Shown here: positions 31,376 to 40,852 of the stretch, in pieces
Layout of the letters: each line of letters begins with the position of its first letter
How positions within the stretch are numbered: position 1 is the stretch's first letter
Virus record (IMG/VR): IMGVR_UViG_3300025030_000069
DNA length: 64,000 nucleotides
From: an uncultured virus (IMG/VR IMGVR_UViG_3300025030_000069)
Lineage: Duplodnaviria; Heunggongvirae; Uroviricota; Caudoviricetes; Crassvirales
Strand: one strand, 5' to 3'
The notes under the pieces: generated by a model
What the model saw: the letters and a program-made list of their open reading frames with translations, nothing else
What the model was told of the DNA's origin: nothing
Databases searched by the model: none
Program-made: the position numbers and the translations under genes

Positions 31376-31600
31376 TTATTTATTTCTTTTATGTTTCAAT
31401 GCACTTTTTAATTTACTATGAAAATAAGTCTTCTTATCTGTAAAAAACGTACTGCTTTTACAAGTTGTTGTTACTTTTTTAGCTAAATTGGTAACGTGTT
31501 TTATAAGAGCAGGATTGTTTTTAAGTAAAGTCTGCCTGTATTGTTTATTCGCTTTTTTATAAGTTGTAATTAACTGACTAATTGTTTTTTTACTTTTCAT
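31376..31600 (-). CDS. Small basic hypothetical protein
   Basis: ORF. Confidence 0.45.
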   Translation of the reverse strand: MKSKKTISQLITTYKKANKQYRQTLLKNNPALIKHVTNLAKKVTTTCKSSTFFTDKKTYFHSKLKSALKHKRNK

Positions 31601-31644
31601 AAAATTTAATTAAGTTATTATTTATTTATTATTTTGGAAATGAC

Positions 31645-32391
31645 TTAATCTACAAAAACTTTATCCCAGAATGTCTTGAGATTTCCTTTCTCATCTGATT
31701 CTGCTATTACTATTTCTTGTCCTTTTAAATGATTAGGTCTTGCGCCACAAATTACTGAATTTGAAGTAACAAAATTAATGATAGTTTGATTATCTTTTCT
31801 GTAAAGAAATCCTATAGCATCTGCATCTGCACATACTATAGAAGATAACTTACCTGATAAATCAAGTGCTTTAGCTTCTATCTCTTTTCCTTTAATTTCA
31901 ACATACTTATCCTTAACATGGCCTAATAGAATAAATCTAGCAGCTAATGAAGATACACTTTCAATTACCATTTGATAAGCTTGACGAAGATATAAATATC
32001 CTCCGCCATTAGTTAATGTAAGAACATTATCTCCTTCAAAATTCTTTCCTTGTGGAACAGCTTTATAAAGTTTAAGAGCTAATGGCAGTACCATTTCTTC
32101 TAATTTAGTAGCTGTATCTAAAGTAATATACTTGTAAGGTTTGCCCGCCTCTTTAATAGCGTTAGTAATCTCTCTTAATTCAGTAAGATTATTAGCTTTA
32201 ATTTTAATACCATCTACAAAATCAGAACCATTCTCAAGATCAATAATTAAGTTATTTTCTAATTGAGCTACTATACTTGTTTTACCTGCTTTAGGAGGAG
32301 AGAATATAATAAGCCTCTTCGGTGATTTTCTTAAAGCTTTAACCGGCTTTAAAGGTAATACAAATTTTTTTGCTTCTGTTGTATCTGTCAT
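31645..32391 (-). CDS. AAA ATPase (Sak4/AAA_24-like recombination protein)
   Basis: Walker A SPPKAGKT, IIDLENGS, Walker B ITLDT, LLGH, ADAIGFL. Confidence 0.8.
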   Translation of the reverse strand: MTDTTEAKKFVLPLKPVKALRKSPKRLIIFSPPKAGKTSIVAQLENNLIIDLENGSDFVDGIKIKANNLTELREITNAIKEAGKPYKYITLDTATKLEEMVLPLALKLYKAVPQGKNFEGDNVLTLTNGGGYLYLRQAYQMVIESVSSLAARFILLGHVKDKYVEIKGKEIEAKALDLSGKLSSIVCADADAIGFLYRKDNQTIINFVTSNSVICGARPNHLKGQEIVIAESDEKGNLKTFWDKVFVD

Positions 32392-32555
32392 ATTTACTGT
32401 TTAATTGTATTAATTATTGGTGTATCTATTGGTACATTTGCTATTGTAGTATCTACACTAATTACTATATTAGGTTGTGTACTTGTAGTACATGAACTAA
32501 TAAAAATTACACTTAAAATCACTAATAGTTTTTTCATTTTTTATTTATTTAATTG

Positions 32556-32900
32556 TTAAAATAATTCAATTTGTATTGATTTTGATCGTTGATAAACTTT
32601 ATTTCTATCGTCTATTCCTATATTTGTTTTGATATTATCTAATAACATCATAAGAGATGCAATTGCATTTCCTATATGATTAGTACCGATTTCATCTAAA
32701 TTTTCTCCCATAAGCCAAGTATTAAGATGTCTATGACAAGCGGCAACATATCTACTGTAATCAGTACCTAAACTGTAATTAAATTTACCATATTTTGTAG
32801 CACCATGTGAAAACACCTTTGCTACTTCCAATAATGCTTCTTGAGGAATTAAAGTAAAATCGGGTTTTCCTATATCATCCTTCTTTGTTTTTTCTGTCAT
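32556..32900 (-). CDS. dATP/dGTP diphosphohydrolase-like (DUF5664) protein
   Basis: KDDIGKPDFTLIP...VFSHGATKYG.FNY...AACHRHL..W..GE..D...HIGNA. Confidence 0.8.
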   Translation of the reverse strand: MTEKTKKDDIGKPDFTLIPQEALLEVAKVFSHGATKYGKFNYSLGTDYSRYVAACHRHLNTWLMGENLDEIGTNHIGNAIASLMMLLDNIKTNIGIDDRNKVYQRSKSIQIELF

Positions 32901-33121
32901 GTTTTTTTAAATGTTTTATGTCCTCTAATATATTCATTCGCTAATTCCTTATACTCTTCACTATTTTTATTTGGTAATTTTTTACCCAAAGAACAATCTT
33001 GTTGTCCAAAATAAAATGCTATAGGATCATAAGAGTTTATTTCATTAAAATCTACAAAATCAACTTCAGTTTCTACTAAATTATCATTTTGTAAAGACAA
33101 ATTTGCTATTTTAGTTTTCAT
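32897..33121 (-). CDS. Hypothetical protein
   Basis: ORF, translationally coupled. Confidence 0.5.
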   Translation of the reverse strand: MKTKIANLSLQNDNLVETEVDFVDFNEINSYDPIAFYFGQQDCSLGKKLPNKNSEEYKELANEYIRGHKTFKKT

Positions 33122-33293
33122 TTTTATATGTAATTGTTATCCAAGTATGATTTATATCATCATTAAATTTATCATTGCTATTAAAAGTACACCTATAGAT
33201 AGAAATTCTCCACCATCTAAATAACAATACTTCGAGGTAATTATTACCATATCCTCTAATAGAATACTCAAATGTATTTTTTCTAAATTTCAT
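33111..33293 (-). CDS. Hypothetical protein
   Basis: ORF, translationally coupled. Confidence 0.45.
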   Translation of the reverse strand: MKFRKNTFEYSIRGYGNNYLEVLLFRWWRISIYRCTFNSNDKFNDDINHTWITITYKNEN

Positions 33294-33295
33294 AA

Positions 33296-34378
33296 TTAGT
33301 CATAATTTATAACTTTGTTATAATACTCAGGATGTTTAACAAATTCTTCTGCTATAGGCATTTCTCTGAAATTTCCGTTTTCACCTAAGAAATTAAGACC
33401 TACTATAATATCATCAGCACCATAAGTATTTTTAATAATACTCACCGATCTAAATCTATTTTCTCCTTTAGAAGAAACCATTTTATCAATATTATACCCT
33501 AAAAAATCTTTAATTTTTAACTTATAGGGATTAAATAAACCAATACACACATCACAGTTTTCATAAGGATCCCCAGAAGATTTAAAATCATCAGGTTCAG
33601 GACTTACAGCTTTAGTTTTCATTCGTTCTATATTACCCAATGATCTATTAAATTGACTAATATCAACAATAATAAAACCATATCTATCTCTAATAGAAGT
33701 CATCATTTCTGAATGTTTGTCTATTAATGATTTCTCTAATAATCTAACTCCGCCATTAACTTCAGAAGTTAGTCGGCCAATATGATCATTTACTATAATT
33801 ACATATAAATTTTCGTCATTAGGAATATATCTTTTGGTAAATTCATTAACTTGAATTACCTTACCGTTTTTAAGAGCAAACTCTGTAGCTCTCTTAAAAA
33901 TTCCAGTTGGATTTTGTGGCCCATCTACTAAAGTAATAACTCCTGAAGAAAACATTTCATCAAAATATCTGCCTGCTTTGAATATTTGTTGTTTAATATG
34001 TTCAGTAACTTCATATTTTTTACCTGACCATCCTAACATTGTAGGTACATCCATTATAATTTTATCAGTTTGAAACAATCTTAAACAGGTCCATTTAGCT
34101 AATTTATATTTAGTATTTCTTTCCATTGAATTATAAATCCAATGTATTTTAATTTTAGTAGTTTCTTTATTTTCCATCCAAAAATTATAAGGATTTAAAA
34201 CATAAGCCAGGTCCACATAACTTGTTTTTCCAGAACCTGCAAAACCACCCACTAATGTATAAATACTCTTCTGAATACCATTAATGTTAGCATCAATAGT
34301 TTTAAAACCTGTAGGAATTCCTTTATTTTCTCCTCTAATCCCTTTCTCTATATCTTCTTCAAGTAATTCTTTAAACAT
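33296..34378 (-). CDS. dnaB: DnaB-like (SF4) replicative helicase
   Basis: GIPTGF, Walker A GFAGSGKT, SMER, VNDHIG, ISQFNR, DFKSSG, IIKNTYG. Confidence 0.85.
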   Translation of the reverse strand: MFKELLEEDIEKGIRGENKGIPTGFKTIDANINGIQKSIYTLVGGFAGSGKTSYVDLAYVLNPYNFWMENKETTKIKIHWIYNSMERNTKYKLAKWTCLRLFQTDKIIMDVPTMLGWSGKKYEVTEHIKQQIFKAGRYFDEMFSSGVITLVDGPQNPTGIFKRATEFALKNGKVIQVNEFTKRYIPNDENLYVIIVNDHIGRLTSEVNGGVRLLEKSLIDKHSEMMTSIRDRYGFIIVDISQFNRSLGNIERMKTKAVSPEPDDFKSSGDPYENCDVCIGLFNPYKLKIKDFLGYNIDKMVSSKGENRFRSVSIIKNTYGADDIIVGLNFLGENGNFREMPIAEEFVKHPEYYNKVINYD

Positions 34379-34559
34379 CGTATAATCCTTCGTATTTTTC
34401 TAATTCCTCTTGCTGTTCTACATGAGATAATTGATGCATTTTTTCTTTTATTTCATAAGTAATTATACCTTTTTCATATAATTCTGTCCAACAATCTTTA
34501 ATAGTTTTTAATCCATCCCAATTGTTTCCTTCATATATTTCAAATCCATCTCTTTGCAT
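34371..34559 (-). CDS. Hypothetical protein
   Basis: ORF overlapping the helicase start. Confidence 0.5.
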   Translation of the reverse strand: MQRDGFEIYEGNNWDGLKTIKDCWTELYEKGIITYEIKEKMHQLSHVEQQEELEKYEGLYDV

Positions 34560-34571
34560 ATTTAATTATAT

Positions 34572-35183
34572 TTAAAATTCTTTATTACCAATTCTTGTTT
34601 TACCTTCTTCTTCTTTAATCTCATGTTTATTATTTCTATTAGCTTCACATATACTTGCTAATACACTATTACCGTCTTTTTTTATAAAATAAGCAGCAGT
34701 AGTCATATAAGTATATCCTTTTCTTTTAAAAGAATCTACAAAATTTTTAGTAGCAGTAAATATTTCATATATACTATATTCAGGATAAACTTTAATAAAT
34801 TGGTGCATTTTAAGAATACAACCTTGTTTATCACCTCTGTAAGCATATCCTGAATCATTTTTACCTAAAGGAAATATGCTTCTCCATTCATCTATCCAAG
34901 AACTAACTGAATTTAAATTAGTTATTTCATTTTGTATAATAGGAATAGTTAATTCTTTTTTTTTAATAGTAAACAAATCAATACATTTTTGTCTTTCAAT
35001 TACTTCATTACAAGTACTATTAATTATTTTAATATAACCGTCATTTTCTAATTCTTCAAGACTTGATCTCCATAACTTCCATTTAGGAAAATCTATTTTA
35101 TTATGTAATAAATATAAATATATATATTTGTCTGATTGCAACCCGGAATTATAAAGCGCCTCTAAATCAATCTCACATTTCAT
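34572..35183 (-). CDS. Putative replication initiator / helicase-loader-like protein
   Basis: Upstream of DnaB. wHTH-like N-terminus and a WRSIFP...YFIKK C-terminal domain. Confidence 0.4.
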   Translation of the reverse strand: MKCEIDLEALYNSGLQSDKYIYLYLLHNKIDFPKWKLWRSSLEELENDGYIKIINSTCNEVIERQKCIDLFTIKKKELTIPIIQNEITNLNSVSSWIDEWRSIFPLGKNDSGYAYRGDKQGCILKMHQFIKVYPEYSIYEIFTATKNFVDSFKRKGYTYMTTAAYFIKKDGNSVLASICEANRNNKHEIKEEEGKTRIGNKEF

Positions 35184-35193
35184 TTGTTAGTTA

Positions 35194-35679
35194 TTAAGGT
35201 AAGAGAGCAAATATATAAAAATATAATGCATTTACCAAGTTAATTTTATTAATTTCTTTTATTAGATTAACTAATTCTTTCTTTTTATTAAAAATGTCTT
35301 CTTTAATGTATTTAATTTTTAATTCATTTAAATCATTTTTAATAACTATATTATCTTCATTGGCTAATAATGATAAAATAAAATCATATTGTTGTTTTAA
35401 ATTAGAATCAGAATTTACTAAAATAGTAAAGTTACCTAATAAATTAATAATAGAAGTATGATTGGCATAATTCATATATTTAGCCAATGTCATTAATGAA
35501 ATAGTATCTGAAGAGGGAGTTAATCCACTCCCCAGTTTACCCCAGGCTATATTAGCAAATAACCTCTTAGCATTAACTATATCATTAGTTTGTTTTCCTT
35601 TAGAATCAATCTTAAATCCAGTAACACTTTCAGTAATTTTCTTAATTAAATTTAATTTAGCTTTTATTTCATATTTCAT
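35194..35679 (-). CDS. HTH protein resembling the DnaA C-terminal domain
   Basis: IVNAKRLF...SLMTLAKYMNYANHTSII pattern. Confidence 0.5.
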   Translation of the reverse strand: MKYEIKAKLNLIKKITESVTGFKIDSKGKQTNDIVNAKRLFANIAWGKLGSGLTPSSDTISLMTLAKYMNYANHTSIINLLGNFTILVNSDSNLKQQYDFILSLLANEDNIVIKNDLNELKIKYIKEDIFNKKKELVNLIKEINKINLVNALYFYIFALLP

Positions 35680-35933
35680 TTAATTTTGTTAAAACAATCG
35701 TTAATATCATTACAATAATTTCTATTATTTTCTATATGTTATCCTACATATTTATATTCAAATTTTGAACATTTTTCTTCAACAACTTCTAATAAATAAA
35801 TATAACCATCTATCATAAATAAATACCCATTAAACAATATAAAGGCTATCCAGTCTTCTGATTAATTCAGAATAGAGGCAATATATTGAATGATGGGATT
35901 TTTTGTAGTTCTTTTCATAATTGAATAGCACTA

Positions 35934-35965
35934 CAAATATAAGCATAATTTATATACTTACCAAA
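35934..35965 (-). promoter_or_regulatory. Bacteroidota-type promoter
   Basis: TTTG-N20-TATATTTG. Confidence 0.7.
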
Positions 35966-35984
35966 TTTATTATTATGATATTCA

Positions 35985-37139
35985 TCATATAATTTCTTCT
36001 ATACTTTGAATCCATTTAATATTGATCTGTCCTTCAATTTTCTTTTTAAGCCAATTTACTTCTTGTGTATTTGGTGTTACTAAATTAATTACTTTAGCTT
36101 GTTTACTTTCAATAGGTCTGATTACTCTACCAATTGTTTGTGTATTAGTTAGTCTACTACTATTAAAAGAAGCAATAATACCTAAAGATAATTTTGGTAA
36201 ATCTAAACCAACAGTAAGTGCTTTACAACTACTGATTACTCTTTTATTAGTTCTACCATCTTTAAATAATCTAAATGCTTCTTTCTGTTCTTTAGCAGAC
36301 ATTTTACTATGTACTGATACACAAATATCAGATAACTGTTCTTTAATACTATCAGCAAATGCTATAGATTCAGAGAATACAAGAGTATAATCTTCAGGAA
36401 ACTTATTAATAATATCAATAGTAACTTTTGCTTTGTTACTATTATTAGTAATACAATTTTTCCTTTTTCTTATACTGTTGTAATAAATAATAGCTTTAGC
36501 TTTTTGATCACTTGAACCACTTGTTAACCATTGTTTAGCTGTAGTAAAAGAACTAAATCCTAATAAAGAAGCATAATACCTAAACACATTATCAGCTTTT
36601 CTATACTCAGCTAATTCTTCAAGTGTAAAAGGTACTGCTAAATTATAAACCATAAAATCAGATACCCATTTATTATCTAAGCATTCCTGTAAAGTAATAG
36701 CATCACATACAGGAGCTTCAGCTAATAATAAATCATGTCTATTATCAGTTCTGACAATTGTAGCTGTTAACCACAAAAGATAGTTATGTTCCACGTTAGC
36801 AAATACATTAATAAATGTATTAGCTAATGAAGAATGAGCTTCATCTATAATTAAAAGGGAACACTTATAATTATTAGATAACTTACTTGCTGTATTGATA
36901 ACCATAACATTGGCGTTAACTTTAAACTTAGCAAGTTCTTTTAACCATTGTTCTTTTAGAACAATAGTAGGGACTATTACTATAATACCATACTCAAGCA
37001 AATTATCTTGTTTTAACCTCAAGACAGTTTGAATTGCAGTATAAGTCTTTCCAAATCCTGTAGGAAATAGAAAACCTCCGTATTTAGCAACATACCATTT
37101 ACTTACAGCTTCAAGCTGTCTTTCAGTTTTTGTTTTCAT
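35985..37139 (-). CDS. Superfamily 2 (DEAH) helicase
   Basis: PTGFGKT, IIDEAH, LTAT, GLDLP, QTIGRVIR. Confidence 0.92.
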   Translation of the reverse strand: MKTKTERQLEAVSKWYVAKYGGFLFPTGFGKTYTAIQTVLRLKQDNLLEYGIIVIVPTIVLKEQWLKELAKFKVNANVMVINTASKLSNNYKCSLLIIDEAHSSLANTFINVFANVEHNYLLWLTATIVRTDNRHDLLLAEAPVCDAITLQECLDNKWVSDFMVYNLAVPFTLEELAEYRKADNVFRYYASLLGFSSFTTAKQWLTSGSSDQKAKAIIYYNSIRKRKNCITNNSNKAKVTIDIINKFPEDYTLVFSESIAFADSIKEQLSDICVSVHSKMSAKEQKEAFRLFKDGRTNKRVISSCKALTVGLDLPKLSLGIIASFNSSRLTNTQTIGRVIRPIESKQAKVINLVTPNTQEVNWLKKKIEGQINIKWIQSIEEII

Positions 37140-37365
37140 AGTTTTTTGTTTTATTAAGTTTACTATTTTAGTAAAGTTTAATTAATATTATTCCCATGTA
37201 AAACTATCTCCATCTTCGTTTTCAATTCTAAAATCTTCAAAATTATCTGTACCTATTAAATTAACCACTTCAATTTTGGCATCTTCAAGATTATTTTCTG
37301 ATAATGTAATAGTAACAGAACCATTTTTTTGTACAAATGTAAATGTTTTCATTTCTTTTTAGTTT

Positions 37366-37986
37366 TTAATCTTTCAAGATAATTTTATCGCTTTTTTTAT
37401 AATTGTCTTTAGCCCAAAGAGGTTGAAGATTTGTATATTTACATAATTCAATTAATTCGTTTTTATTTTTAGCTGAAGCTAATGGAATTACATGATCTAT
37501 ATGCCATAATCCATAATTCTCCCAAGTCATACCTATAGTAAATTTATTTTCAATATAGATTTTAACATTTTCAAAAGTATTGTTTAATAATTTTTTAGAT
37601 ATTTTATTTTTTCTGTATCTTTTAATTTTGAAAATATCCCAAATTCTTTTTCTTAAATTATTTCTTAATTTAAATAAAGAATCAATATTACTTCTTTCTT
37701 TAAAATGTTTTCTGCGATTTTTTAATATTTTTTCTCTATTATTTTTATAATATAATTTTGAAACTATTCGTCTTTTATTAATAGTTTTTCTATTATATTC
37801 TTTTATTTTTTCTTTATTTAATAAAGAATATTTTTTACTGTATATAGAAATTTTCTTTTTATTTCTTTTTATATATTCACGATTATCTTTATTTCTACAT
37901 TCTTTACAATAGGAAGTAACTTTATCAGCTCTTTTATGAAATTGATTTAATTCTTTGTCTATTTTACATTTAGGACAAGTTTTCAT
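37366..37986 (-). CDS. HNH homing endonuclease
   Basis: N-terminal CxxC pair; WHIDHVIPL...NLQPLWAKDN..K. Confidence 0.88.
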   Translation of the reverse strand: MKTCPKCKIDKELNQFHKRADKVTSYCKECRNKDNREYIKRNKKKISIYSKKYSLLNKEKIKEYNRKTINKRRIVSKLYYKNNREKILKNRRKHFKERSNIDSLFKLRNNLRKRIWDIFKIKRYRKNKISKKLLNNTFENVKIYIENKFTIGMTWENYGLWHIDHVIPLASAKNKNELIELCKYTNLQPLWAKDNYKKSDKIILKD

Positions 37987-37990
37987 ATAA

Positions 37991-38121
37991 ATAAAAACCC
38001 CTTTGTAGTGCTAATAATCACCAGAGAGGCAATATCTACAAAGGGGTTCTAAAGTTTCTGTTAAGAAACTCTGGAGACTATTAGCACTACAAATGTAATA
38101 CTAATATTTATAAATAACAAA
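37991..38121 (-). promoter_or_regulatory. Promoter plus structured leader/terminator before the HNH gene
   Basis: TTTG-N20-TACATTTG (38090-38121). Terminator aacccctttgtag / ctacaaaggggtt plus a T-tract. Competing helix gtagtgctaata / tattagcactac. Confidence 0.7.
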
Positions 38122-38140
38122 TTTATTTATATGATATTTA

Positions 38141-38479
38141 TCATATTTTTTTCTTAATTTCTTCTAAATAAGTATCAATTCCATAATCACCTGCCAAAAG
38201 CCAATCAAGAGTTTTAACTCTAAATGCACAACTTTTTAAATCTTTAATTAATTGTTTAATTTCTTTAAGTATTAATTTTCTTTCTGCTAGTGTAGCATCT
38301 CCTATTCTATCAGCTTCAATCATAGGTCTTTCATAATGATCAAATCTCTTATTTAATTCTTCTTGTGATATAGACCAGTCTTCTGTCATGTATTTACCAT
38401 CTTTAATAAACATTGCTTCTATATCATCAGCTAAATTATATATATGACCATGAGAATGGTCCCAAGTTCCTCCACTCAT
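38141..38479 (-). CDS. Hypothetical protein (MSGG..DH/Y type)
   Basis: ORF. Confidence 0.65.
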   Translation of the reverse strand: MSGGTWDHSHGHIYNLADDIEAMFIKDGKYMTEDWSISQEELNKRFDHYERPMIEADRIGDATLAERKLILKEIKQLIKDLKSCAFRVKTLDWLLAGDYGIDTYLEEIKKKI

Positions 38480-38877
38480 ATTATTGTATTTGTGATTGTA
38501 TAATCAAACCTGACATATCTAAATTAGTAGATATCCATTGTTGATTTCTAATCTGTTTAACTTTTTCTCTTTTAGTATTCCACTCTTTTACTGTAATTGA
38601 AGATAATATATCTTCAATTATTTGTTCATCTATTATTTTATCTTCCATTTTATTTCATTTTTTAAATTTGTAAAATTACTATCGGCAATTTTCCTTACCG
38701 CAGATAAAACATTTATCATAAAAGTCAGCATTAGCCCAGCATAAATGTTCTTTTTCATTTCTAAAATCGCTTATTACCTTTTCCCACATCCTTTTTTATC
38801 CATTCATCTTTTGTCATTCTTTTTATTTTTGTAAAATTACGTATATATCCTTGTCAGTGGCAATAAAAACCAAAAAC

Positions 38878-39063
38878 CTACCGCATGTATTTCTTAATGC
38901 CATCAAATACCTTTTGCATTTCATTAATTCGCTCTTGTAACTTGTCTGCATATTTTTTATTTTCTGCTACATAATATCGTATCAGTTCTCCTTGTGGTGT
39001 GTCCAATTTTTCAAGAGCTTCTTTGCCATTGATGTATTGGTAATCGGGTGTATATAATGCCAT
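38878..39063 (-). CDS. Hypothetical protein flanked by inverted repeats
   Basis: ORF bounded by aaaaaccaaaaa / tttttggttttt. Confidence 0.55.
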   Translation of the reverse strand: MALYTPDYQYINGKEALEKLDTPQGELIRYYVAENKKYADKLQERINEMQKVFDGIKKYMR

Positions 39064-39410
39064 CGCTTTTTTGGTTTTTACAGACCACTAACAAATGCTT
39101 GTAGGCAAGTGGCGATCTGCGGTTAATATTAAATTCTGTTTTTCAATTTTACTTTATCAGTTAATTTACATTTGTGCTTCTAATGCCACCTGTTCACAAG
39201 CCGCAATTGAATTTTTAAAGTTTAAATTTTCCAACCACACAATTACTTAATGGTAGCATCCATCAAAACTTTTAATTTTGCTTCTACAATTCGCTTTATG
39301 TTCATCTTGCGTAACCCAGCCGCAACTCTTTCAATGATTTCTCTTTTGTCCATTTTGTTTTGTTTTTAGTTGTTTAAATTATCTACAATTTTCCTTCCCA
39401 GCATCTTTTG

Positions 39411-39818
39411 TCATTCTTTTAAAAGGTCAGGATTTTCGTATTTATTTCCAACAACTTCACAATAGTTTGCCTCAAATGCTTCACCGAAAAAATGCTGATA
39501 AGCCCATTCATCCTTTTCAATACAAAATGAGGCGAATCTTTCACTCCACCCTATCACCATTAATTTATCCGTTTCGGTTTTTATTATATCGCCCTCATAA
39601 ATTTCTTTTTCGTTTTTATCCTTCAATGCTGTGCATTGCATCAGTTCAATACATATTTCATCTGCATTCATCCACCCTATACTTTTACTATCACTGTAAT
39701 CAACCCAAATGCTATTGCAGGTATAATTTTGGTCTGAGTAGTCAGTATTGCCAACCTGTACCTTGTAATTCATTCGCTTGTATGTTTTATCCCAAGCCCT
39801 AAATTTCATTTGTCTCAT
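39411..39818 (-). CDS. YopX family protein
   Basis: KFRAWDK...LMQCTALKDKNEKEIYEGDI...EVVGNKYENPDLL. Confidence 0.9.
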   Translation of the reverse strand: MRQMKFRAWDKTYKRMNYKVQVGNTDYSDQNYTCNSIWVDYSDSKSIGWMNADEICIELMQCTALKDKNEKEIYEGDIIKTETDKLMVIGWSERFASFCIEKDEWAYQHFFGEAFEANYCEVVGNKYENPDLLKE

Positions 39819-40160
39819 ATATTTAGTTTAAAAAAGTTTCCCTGCAAAAAGTTTAATTAAATAAAAACAACTGGCTCACATACTTCCATCCCACATTATT
39901 ATCTACAATCTTAAATGTTCTAATATTTGCCGTGTAATAAATAAATCATCCTATGTGCGGTAAGATATAAACTCCCCCAATCGTTGCGGCTCATGACATT
40001 TTTTACCCACCAGTCCATATCATTTTGCTTTTCTAAAAATTCTGTTATCCAATTATGCGATATAATTCTACTCCCATCCAGTTATCTATGCCATCTTCCT
40101 ACACATTATGGCTTTCGTTGATTGAATATTTTTTAAATAATTGTTTTTTTGTCATATAGT

Positions 40161-40403
40161 TTAGTGTTTGACTTTGTAAACGTGCCATTCTCCAAATGTT
40201 ATTTCTCTTTTCGCTGTATTCGTAAAATACGAATAAGGCTGGTCGGTTGCTTTTCCTATTTTTATCAGCATTTCATGGTCGGGAATAACCTTACCTGTTT
40301 CATAATTATGAAGGGCCTGTTTGCTAATTCTGCCTATTTTCCCTGCTAATTCCCGCAATGAAAATCCTGCCATTATTCTTGCTGCTTTTATCCTTTCTTT
40401 CAT
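40161..40403 (-). CDS. XRE-family helix-turn-helix regulator
   Basis: RIKAARIMAGFSLRELAGKIG.ISKQALHNYETGK..P. Confidence 0.9.
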   Translation of the reverse strand: MKERIKAARIMAGFSLRELAGKIGRISKQALHNYETGKVIPDHEMLIKIGKATDQPYSYFTNTAKREITFGEWHVYKVKH

Positions 40404-40638
40404 AATTATTTGGATTTTAAATTTTTAAAAGCAATTCTAATCATTTTACAATACCATAATGCCTCTCTTTTTGTTTCTACATCACAAACCTTAAATGTCT
40501 GAACGCCTATTGTAAAATTAGCATGATAACATCCTTTATTTCCTGTTACAAATATTTTTGCTTTCATAATAAATTATTTTTATTAATTTTATTGTGTAGA
40601 TAGTTGGCATTGATTTATATCCATTTATATATTTAGTT

Positions 40639-40821
40639 TTAAAAGGTTAGAGAATACATTTTTTTAATTGGTGAAATTTTTTTCTTTGTGAATGGCTTGA
40701 CTTTTTTAATAGCTTCATTCCCGCATCTTTTGCAAAGAGGTTTTGTGTGTAATATGCTATCGTAAAGGTCCCCTCCATCAGTGCAATAGGGGCAATAATA
40801 CTTATATTTTAACACTCCCAT
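40639..40821 (-). CDS. Small zinc-finger protein
   Basis: CPYC...CKRC. Confidence 0.5.
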   Translation of the reverse strand: MGVLKYKYYCPYCTDGGDLYDSILHTKPLCKRCGNEAIKKVKPFTKKKISPIKKMYSLTF

Positions 40822-40852
40822 AAATTTTTTATCTTATGTGTTTTTTATTTCT

